DNA from: Gemmata obscuriglobus
GTDB taxonomy: Bacteria; Planctomycetota; Planctomycetia; Gemmatales; Gemmataceae
Assembly (NCBI RefSeq): GCF_008065095.1
Contig: NZ_CP042911.1
Span: 5,400,001-5,432,000 of the forward strand
Reading direction: 5' to 3'
Length of the DNA: 32,000 bases
The notes under the pieces were generated by a model. It saw nothing but the letters and a program-made list of their open reading frames with translations. It ran no database searches and was not told the origin of the DNA. Position numbers and translations under genes: made by a program. Positions 1 to 7,100 of the stretch are shown one piece after another; position 1 is the stretch's first letter, and each line of letters starts with the position of its first letter.

Positions 1-94
1 CGGCAGGGCTGGTGGGCACTTGGAGCGCGAAAAAGATCCAGAGACCGAAGAACAGGCCCTTGAGGACGTACTCGTTGCGGTGCCAAGGGGTCAT
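1..94 (-). CDS. N-terminal fragment of an unidentified membrane protein gene that continues leftwards out of the window
   Basis: ATG at 94..92 on the minus strand, with the frame open to base 1 (MTPWHRNEYVLKGLFFGLWIFFALQVPTSPA...). Third codon positions are G/C-rich, as in the confident genes, and there is a hydrophobic helix-like stretch. It is missing from the ORF track only because no stop falls inside the window. Confidence 0.35.
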   Translation of the reverse strand, partial: MTPWHRNEYVLKGLFFGLWIFFALQVPTSPA

Positions 95-139
95 GATCGG
101 TTTCACCCGGAGCAGATGGGGTGTGGTCCCGCCGGGTCG

Positions 140-204
140 CCGGAAGGTCGGCGCGGGGCCACCTGATGACGGTCACTCCCGCGCTCGCGCGCCCGGAAGG
201 TCGG
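140..204. promoter_or_regulatory. Two exact 12-nt direct repeats, CCGGAAGGTCGG (140-151 and 193-204), spaced 53 bp start to start, in a divergent intergenic region
   Basis: Read directly from the sequence. They lie between the minus-strand start at 94 and the plus-strand promoter-like element at 304-332. An exact 12-mer recurring within about 60 bp is unlikely by chance. Confidence 0.3.
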
Positions 205-303
205 GGCGGCCCGCGGGACCGGTAGGGAATGTCGAACGGTGTCACCATATCGCGCCCCGAGCGGTGGTGGTAGGGGTGGGGCCGGCGCAACGCGAATTGG
301 TGC

Positions 304-332
304 TTGACTCTGCTGCGCCGCGGCCCTAGACT
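304..332 (+). promoter_or_regulatory. Sigma70-like promoter candidate TTGACT-N17-TAGACT
   Basis: TTGACT at 304-309, a 17-nt spacer, then TAGACT at 327-332. It sits about 30 nt upstream of the GTG at 361. Planctomycete promoter consensus is poorly defined, so this is by analogy only. Confidence 0.4.
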
Positions 333-360
333 CGTCCCGACTTTCCCGACGGGAACCCTC

Positions 361-888
361 GTGCGCCTGCGCTCCCCCACCCTGCGGTTCGTGCTGACGG
401 CCCTGGCCCTTTTGGGCCAGGTGGCGCCGTCGGTCGCGCACCCATTGGCAGCGCAGTTGCGGACCGGTGGCGCTGGCGGGTGCGCGGCCGGGTCGTGCGC
501 CTGCGGTGCGGTCGAGAAGGCCCTTTCAGGGTGCTGCTGTTCCAAAGCACTCCCGCCAGTGCCGGCGGCCAAACGTTGCGGGGAGGCCGCCCCGAAGGTC
601 AAGAAGTCCTCGTGTTGCGCATCAGCAAAAGACGAATCACCCCGCCCCACCGTCAAACCAGCCGCACGAGAACCGCTCCGCATCACCGCCGGCAACAACT
701 GCCGTTGCGAGAAGCCAGCGAAAGCCGCCACGAGCGAGCCAACCGCACCGCCCCCGAGCGGCGTGATCGTGGTACTCTCGCTCGCCCCCGTTGTGCAAGC
801 GGCGCGGTGGTCCGCCACGCCCACCGCCGTTCTCCACGCACCGCCCTTCCCTCCCCCGCGGTGCCCGACACTCCCGCCGAACCGGTGA
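361..888 (+). CDS. Cysteine-cluster secreted or membrane-anchored protein, family unknown
   Basis: Frame of track ORF 304..888. I place the start at GTG 361 because the ORF's first codon at 304 is the -35 hexamer itself. The N-terminus looks like a signal peptide (VRLRSPTLRFVLTALALLGQVAPSVAHP). There are 12 Cys in about 175 aa, clustered as CAAGSCAC, GCCC, SSCC and NCRC, and a hydrophobic stretch GVIVVLSLAPVV near the C-terminus. Third-position G/C bias supports this frame over the overlapping ORFs. Confidence 0.5.
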   Translation: MRLRSPTLRFVLTALALLGQVAPSVAHPLAAQLRTGGAGGCAAGSCACGAVEKALSGCCCSKALPPVPAAKRCGEAAPKVKKSSCCASAKDESPRPTVKPAAREPLRITAGNNCRCEKPAKAATSEPTAPPPSGVIVVLSLAPVVQAARWSATPTAVLHAPPFPPPRCPTLPPNR

Positions 889-1096
889 CGCCGCTCCCGC
901 ACGGAGCGCTCTCGCTGTTCGCGCGGGTTCCCGTGAATACCACACGAACGGCTCGCGTCTCAACCGGCGAGAGGCCGATGTTCACGGCCACCGACGTTGC
1001 GAACGGATCGCGAGAGGTGATTCTGTGAGAGGAACCCCACACTCTCGGTGATTGGAAACGATCCGACCGGGCGCCGCGACGGCGGTCCAGTCGGCG

Positions 1097-1121
1097 GCAG
1101 GTTCGATCCCTGCCGCGAGCC
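1097..1121 (+). other. tRNA 3'-end look-alike: T arm, 3' acceptor strand and discriminator, with no complete tRNA around it
   Basis: GCAGG-TTCGATC-CCTGC is a perfect 5-bp T stem around a canonical 7-nt T loop (GTTCGATCC core). It is followed directly by CGCGAGC and C. No matching 5' acceptor strand, D arm or anticodon arm occurs at tRNA distance. Confidence 0.45.
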
Positions 1122-1154
1122 ACTGGCTACCCTGAAAATGAAGTTTGTCCGCAT

Positions 1155-1188
1155 CTCGGCTCGGACCCCGAGCGGGGTCCGAGCCGAG
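1155..1188 (+). other. Perfect 15-bp GC-rich stem with a GAGC tetraloop; function unknown
   Basis: CTCGGCTCGGACCCC-GAGC-GGGGTCCGAGCCGAG. It lies 34 nt after the tRNA-like fragment and 108 nt before the cytochrome start codon. No clear U tract follows it. Confidence 0.5.
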
Positions 1189-1296
1189 AGCGTTTGCCCC
1201 GTGGGGCGCACCCACGGGAGCCAATACACTCCGCCGATCGGCCCGGGTGACGGTCGCCCGAACCGGTCGGCGGCCGTGTCTGTCAGGAGTGTTTCA

Positions 1297-1722
1297 ATGC
1301 AGAAGCTGATTCGGGCGAGCCTGTTCGCCGCCCTCGGCGCGGCAGCGGTCCTGTTCGCGTTCGGGAGCGTCACCGCGGCCCCGGCCGACGACAAACTGCC
1401 GGAAATCGCGGAGATTATGAAGAAGGGGCACGCCAAGACGGACGGTTACATCACCAAGGTCAAGGAAGCGGTCAAGGGCGGCAAGTGGGAGGACGCCCAG
1501 AAGTACGCCAAGGACATGAACATCTTGGGCGCCGCGATCGGCAAGAACAAGCCGCCGAAGGGCGACGACAAGTCGTGGAAGGCCCTGACCGACAAGTATG
1601 CCGATACGACCCAAAAGATCCTGAAGGGGACCGAAGACAAAGACGCTAAGGCCACTAACGCGGCCATCAGCACGATCAGCATGTCGTGCGGCGGGTGCCA
1701 CAGCAAGCACAAACCGAAATAA
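1297..1722 (+). CDS. Small secreted class II (four-helix-bundle, cytochrome c'/c-556-like) c-type cytochrome
   Basis: ATG at 1297 lies in the frame of track ORF 1048..1722. The signal peptide is MQKLIRASLFAALGAAAVLFAFGSVTAAPA. The mature part is Lys/Ala-rich and helical-looking, with a single heme motif CGGCH nine residues from the C-terminus (CGGCHSKHKPK), which is the class II layout. Confidence 0.8.
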   Translation: MQKLIRASLFAALGAAAVLFAFGSVTAAPADDKLPEIAEIMKKGHAKTDGYITKVKEAVKGGKWEDAQKYAKDMNILGAAIGKNKPPKGDDKSWKALTDKYADTTQKILKGTEDKDAKATNAAISTISMSCGGCHSKHKPK

Positions 1723-1738
1723 CCAAGCGGCCGGTGCG

Positions 1739-1774
1739 GCACGACCCGGCGGTTTTCGACTCGCCGGGCCGTGC
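1739..1774 (+). terminator. Candidate terminator hairpin after the cytochrome gene
   Basis: GCACGACCCGGCG / CGCCGGGCCGTGC pairs at 12 of 13 positions around a 10-nt loop. It starts 17 nt after the stop codon and is followed by TCCTTCT, a weak U tract. Confidence 0.4.
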
Positions 1775-1978
1775 TCCTTCTATCACCGCGACAATGGCAT
1801 TGGAATGGCATCATTGACAGCGGTACGAGCCCGGATGCCGACGATGCCGACACCTGAACTCACTGCCGCCACGGAATGAGGTCAAATCGAGCGCCCCGCG
1901 GGCGTATGATGGGTGAGCCGCGCAACTAACGTCACCCGGACCCGGAGAGCCGCCGTGCCGCTCAAGCAGGAGCAGCCC

Positions 1979-3349
1979 ATGTTCGAACCCACCGAACCGA
2001 CCGACGGTCCCACACCGGCCGTGCGGCCGGCCCGGAAAAGGCGCCGCACGGCCTCCCCGCTACCGGACGACGGGTCCGCCGTGTTTCTCGGTTGGGAAGG
2101 CACCAGCTACAAGCCCACCCTCGGGTTCAAATCCGGGACCGGTTCGGGACAAGTCGAGAAAGCGCTGAGTTACGCCGGCGACGGGCACCTGCTCACCATC
2201 GCCCCCACGGGGGCCGGCAAAGGGGTCGGGGCGATCATCCCCGCGCTGCTGACGTACCCCGGCTCGGTTATCGTTACGGACATCAAGGGCGAGAACTATC
2301 AGGTCACGGCGCGGTACCGGCGTGAGTTGGGTCAGCAGGTGGTCGTTCTCGACCCGTTCGGGCTCGTCACGGCGAAAGACAGGGGGGACAAGCTCAACCC
2401 TTTTGACCTCTTCGGCGTGCCGGGGTCCGATCCCGAGTCCGATGCCGAGATGCTGGCCGCCCAACTCGCGGTCGGGCACGAGTTCAGCACCGACCGCTAC
2501 TGGGAGGACACCGGGCGCGGCCTCGTGTCCGGCCTCGTGGCCGATGTCGCGACCAGTTCACCGCCGGACAAGCGGAACCTCTGCACCCTTCGCGAGTTGC
2601 TCTACAACGACGACCTCGACTACACGCTCGCGGTGGCGCTCGACACGCGCAAGAAGACCATGTCCCCCCTCGCGCGGGACGAGTTCATCGCGTACCTAGC
2701 CGCCCCGTCGGACAAGACGCGCCCGTGCATCCGCACCACCGCAACCACCTTCGTAAAGTGCCTCGGCAGCACCGCCGTGTCGCGGTGCCTGGAGCGGTCG
2801 ACTTTCGATCTGAACGATCTGCTTCACAATAAGCCGATGACCATTTACTTGGTGCTGCCGCCTGAGAAGTTGCACAGCCACCGCGCGCTCCTGCGGCTGT
2901 GGGTCGTGACGCTGCTCACAGTGGTGATGCGGCGCACGCGCCTGCCGAAGCGGCGAACGCTGTTCTTGCTGGACGAGGCGGCGCAACTGGGCTCGCTCGA
3001 CCTGCTCCCGCAAGCCGTGTCCCTGCTGCGCGGATACGGGCTACAGCTCTGGACGTTCTGGCAGGACCTGAGCCAGATGATGAAGCTGTACCCGAACAAC
3101 TGGGAGGCGCTGGTGAACAACGCCGCGGTGCTCCAAGCGTTCGGTGTGCCGGGGCACGCCTCGCGGAACAGTTGGCGGGTCATCCTGGGCGAGGATGCTC
3201 AACTCGCCTCGGAACTGCACCCGGATGAAATGCTGGTGGCGGTCACCGGTAAGGGCGTCGCGCGACACACCCGCGCGAACTACCTGAAGGATAAGGCCTT
3301 CACCGGACGATTCGACAAAAACCAGCGGTTCTTGAGTTTAGAGAAATAG
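1979..3349 (+). CDS. VirD4/TraG-family type IV coupling protein-like ATPase (T4SS-DNA_transf type) lacking an N-terminal membrane anchor
   Basis: Family-typical block LLTIAPTGAGKGVGAIIPALLTYPGSVIVTDIKGENYQVTA (Walker A plus the DxKGE motif) and Walker B LFLLDEAAQLG. I prefer ATG 1979 because AGGAG at 1968-1972 sits 6 nt upstream; the track ORF starts at GTG 1913. The first ~95 aa are Pro/Arg/Thr-rich with no hydrophobic segment. Confidence 0.85.
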   Translation: MFEPTEPTDGPTPAVRPARKRRRTASPLPDDGSAVFLGWEGTSYKPTLGFKSGTGSGQVEKALSYAGDGHLLTIAPTGAGKGVGAIIPALLTYPGSVIVTDIKGENYQVTARYRRELGQQVVVLDPFGLVTAKDRGDKLNPFDLFGVPGSDPESDAEMLAAQLAVGHEFSTDRYWEDTGRGLVSGLVADVATSSPPDKRNLCTLRELLYNDDLDYTLAVALDTRKKTMSPLARDEFIAYLAAPSDKTRPCIRTTATTFVKCLGSTAVSRCLERSTFDLNDLLHNKPMTIYLVLPPEKLHSHRALLRLWVVTLLTVVMRRTRLPKRRTLFLLDEAAQLGSLDLLPQAVSLLRGYGLQLWTFWQDLSQMMKLYPNNWEALVNNAAVLQAFGVPGHASRNSWRVILGEDAQLASELHPDEMLVAVTGKGVARHTRANYLKDKAFTGRFDKNQRFLSLEK

Positions 3350-3539
3350 CAGGGCAAGAGGCGCCGGTGTACCGCGCGAGTTCGTAATCATTGAGGTTCC
3401 TATCGAACGATCCCCACACAGAGCACTCAACGTTTCGTGACGTTCTCCACGTCTCCCAGAAATCACCTCAACGCACGTTGACACTTCGTGCGGCTGTGTA
3501 GTCATTACTGTCAGTCGAATCACCACCCAGAAAATGGCC

Positions 3540-3613
3540 GTGCCGCGGACCACTCCGCGGCACACGTCTGTTTGAAACGCGATTTGCTTGTCACCCGCAC
3601 TGTGTGGCGGGTG
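3540..3613 (+). terminator. Two stem-loops downstream of the coupling-protein gene (3540-3563 and 3592-3613)
   Basis: GTGCCGCGG-ACCACT-CCGCGGCAC is a 9-bp perfect stem. CACCCGC-ACTGTGTG-GCGGGTG is a 7-bp perfect stem followed by GCTCCTTTGG. Their distance from the stop (about 190-260 nt) makes the terminator role uncertain. Confidence 0.3.
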
Positions 3614-4181
3614 GCTCCTTTGGTCCGGCCGGCGTTGCGTCCGTGCCGTCAGCCGGTTTGCCGTTTTCGTGCGGGGCCGCTTCGTTTCCCGGCCTGCCGT
3701 TCTGAGTGGCAAGAGTCTGCGGCCGGTTGCGGCGCGGGTGCTTCACCTTGTACCTTCTCTACCGGTTCCGTCACTGCCGCGGGCGTGTGAGCAAGCGGCC
3801 GCGAGGGTGCGGGAAGCTCTGCGCCGAACGGGCACACGCGGCCAACCCCAGATCACGATCATTTCAACCCGCTGACGATTTCCTTGCACAACATGAAATT
3901 TTACCCATTTTACTTGCTCACCGTATTTACTCAGCTTAAAACACATTTCTCGCGGATACTGAATCACCATTCCCGACTCGCAATCAATTGTCCAGCGCCG
4001 ATGCCGCGCGCCCATTCGCTCTTCGGAACCGGACTCGCGCTCAGGAGTATGATTCAGGCCGCGATAAAAAACGATCAATACATCTCACATCCGCGATATT
4101 GTCGCCTGTTGTGAGTGCGATCGTCTATCCGTTGCTAGCGGCCCGAGCGGCCGCCCCCCACTCCCAAGCTCGAGGTCAGAA

Positions 4182-7100
4182 ATGGCGCTCCTTTCCGCGT
4201 TGCTCCGGCGGCCGCAATCGCTCCGCTCCTCTCCCGCCCGTGCCCGGGCGCTGTTGCGACTGGCGCTCCTCGAAGACCGCACGGTCCCCGCGACGTTCAC
4301 GTGGACCGGGGCGGTGGACACGAATTGGAACACCTCCGGCAACTGGAACGACGGGGCAGCCAACACGACCGTCCCGAGTTCGCCGACCGACGTTCTGGTG
4401 TTCGACAGCACCGCCGGCGCGAATTTAACGAGCAACAACGACATCGCGGCGCTGACGGTGAGCGAGATCCAGATCACGAACCCGGGTTACACGATCACCG
4501 GCACACAACCGGTCACGGTGACGACCGCGGTTACGGATACGACGGCCACGGGCTCGAGCGCGGTTTCGCTGGACATTGCTGGTGCGGCCACGCTGACGAA
4601 GTCCGGCGGGTCGACCTTGATCCTGTCAGGGACGAACACGTTCACCGGCGCCACCACCGTTTCGGGCGGCGAGTTGCAACTCGCTGGCGGGGCGGCGCTG
4701 GGGGACGCGACCGCGGTTACGGTGGGCGCCGGGGCGGCCCTGACCCTGGTGGCGAGCGAGACCATCGGGTCGCTCGCCGGGGCCGGGAACCTGATGCTCG
4801 CCACGTTCATTCTGACGACCGGGGCGAACAACAGCAGCACCGCGTTCTCCGGGGTCATCAGCGACCTCGGCGACCTGATCAAGGCGGGCAGCGGGACGTT
4901 CACCCTGTCGGGCGCCAACACGTACGCGGGCACGACCGCGGTGTCGGGCGGCACCCTGAGCGTGACGGGCGACGGGAACCTGGGCACCGGGGCCGTGATC
5001 CTGGCGACCGGCACCACCCTGGCCGTGACCGGGGCCACCACCATCGACAACGACATCGCGCTGGCCGGTGCCGCCACCGTCGACACCTCGGTCGCCGTCA
5101 CCGCCTCGGGCATCCTCTCCGGTAGCGCCGGACTCACCAAGTTCGGGGCCGGCACCCTGACCCTGACCAACACCAATAACGAGGCGGCCTTCAGCGGCAC
5201 CATCACCGCAGCCAGCGGCACCCTGGCCGTGGCGAACGACAACGCCCTCGGCAGCGGCGCGCTCACGTTCAGCGGCGGGTCCTTCACCATCACTGGGACC
5301 ACCACGGTCGACAACGACATCGTCCTCAACGCCCCCACCACACCGATCGACGTGGGCACCGGCCTCACAGTCACGCTGTCCGGAGTCATTTCCGAGACTG
5401 GCGGCGCGCGGGCGATCGACAAGTCGGGCGCTGGGACGCTCGTGCTCACCGGGACCAACACGTACACCGGCAACACCAACCTCAACGGGGGTACGGTGAG
5501 CGTGGCCGGCGACTCGAACCTGGGCGCCGGGACGATCAACTTCAACCAGTCGACGCCGACCCTGGTGATCACCGGCGCCGGCACCATCGACAACGCCATC
5601 CTGCTCGGCGTCCCGGGTACGGTCGACACCCCGGTTGCCGTCACGCTGTCCGGTGTGATCTCGGGCGCAAGCACGTTCACCAAGAGCAGCACCGGGACCC
5701 TGACCCTGTCGGGCGCCAACACATACACGGGCACGACCACGGTGAGCGCCGGCACGCTGAGCGTGGCCGGGGACGGGAACCTGGGCACCGGGGCCGTGAC
5801 CCTGGCGGCCGGCAGCACCCTGGCCGTGACCGGGGCCACCACCATCGACAACGACATCGCCCTGACCGGCGCCGCCACCGTCGACACCTCGGCCGCGGTC
5901 ACCGCCTCGGGCGTCATCTCCGGCACCGGCGGCCTCACCAAGGCCGGGACCGGCACACTCACCCTGACCGGCACGAACACGTTCACCGGCGCCACCACGG
6001 TATCGGGCGGGACCCTGAGCGTGTCGGGCGGGGCGGCGCTGGACGACGGGAGCGCGGTGTCGGTGAGCGGCGGGGCGATACTGGCCCTGGGGGCGAACGA
6101 GACCGTCGGGTCGCTGGCCGGGGCCGGGAACCTGACGCTGAGCGCGTTCACTCTGACCGCCGGCGGGGACAACACGAGCACCACGTTCTCGGGCGTGGCC
6201 AGCGGTACCGGCGGGCTCGCCAAGGCCGGCACCGGGACCCTGACCCTGTCGGGCGCCAACACGTACACCGGCGCCACCACCGTGTCCAGCGGCACCCTGA
6301 CACTCGCGGGCAACTCGGCGATCGCGGACACGGCCCCCGTTACCGTCAGCGCCGGGGCCACACTGGCTCTGAGCGCCGACGAGGGCATTGGCTCGCTCGC
6401 GGGCGCCGGGAACGTGACGCTCGGTGTGAACTTCCTCACGGCCGGGGGCGACAACACGAGCACCACGTTCTCCGGCGTGATCAGCGGCACGGGAGCCCTG
6501 ACCAAGGACGGCACCGGGACCCTGACCCTGTCGGGCGCCAACACGTACACCGGCACGACCACGGTGAGCGCCGGCACGCTGAGCGTGGCCGCGGACGCCA
6601 ACCTGGGCGTCGGTACGGTGACGCTGGCGGCCGGCACCACGCTGGCGGTGACCGGGGCCACCACCATCGACAACGCCGTCGCGCTCTCGGGCGCCGCGAC
6701 CGTCGACACCTCGGCCGCGGTCACCCTCTCGGGGGTGATCTCCGGGGCCAACGGGCTCACCAAGGTCGGGACCGGGACCCTGACCCTGTCGGGCGCCAAC
6801 ACGTACACCGGCACCACCACCGTGAGCGCCGGCACGCTGAGCGTGGCTGGCGACGGGAACCTGGGCACCGGGGCCGTGACCCTGGCGGCCGGCAGCACCC
6901 TGGCCGTGACCGGGGCCACCACCATCGACAACGACATCGCCCTGACCGGCGCCGCCACCGTCGACACCTCGGCCGCGGTCACCGCCTCGGGCGTCATCTC
7001 CGGCACCGGCGGCCTCACCAAGGCCGGGACCGGCACGCTCACCCTGACCGGCACGAACACGTTCACCGGCTCCACCGTCGTGTCCGCGGGCACAACACTC

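Noticed and set aside
950-1121. A complete but unusual 171-nt tRNA-like gene or a tmRNA
   Set aside because: The end-to-end 8-bp pairing and the T arm are real. However, the helices after the 5' strand lack the U8/N9 and position-26 spacers, and the putative anticodon loop has C at position 37. About 107 nt would have to sit in the variable region, there is no G3.U70, and no tag-like ORF or pseudoknots are evident. I report it only as a 3'-fragment look-alike.
3743-4114. ORFs 3743..4078 (-) and 3884..4114 (+) inside the AT-rich island
   Set aside because: There are no motifs, the codon usage is unlike the rest of the window, and the two ORFs overlap each other. I cannot support either as a gene, so the region is reported as a finding instead.
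4400-7100. Periodic DNA repeats that could be mistaken for a CRISPR array or a satellite
   Set aside because: The repeats are in-frame coding repeats of one continuous ORF. The units are long (hundreds of bp) and variable, with no short constant repeat and unique-spacer organisation.
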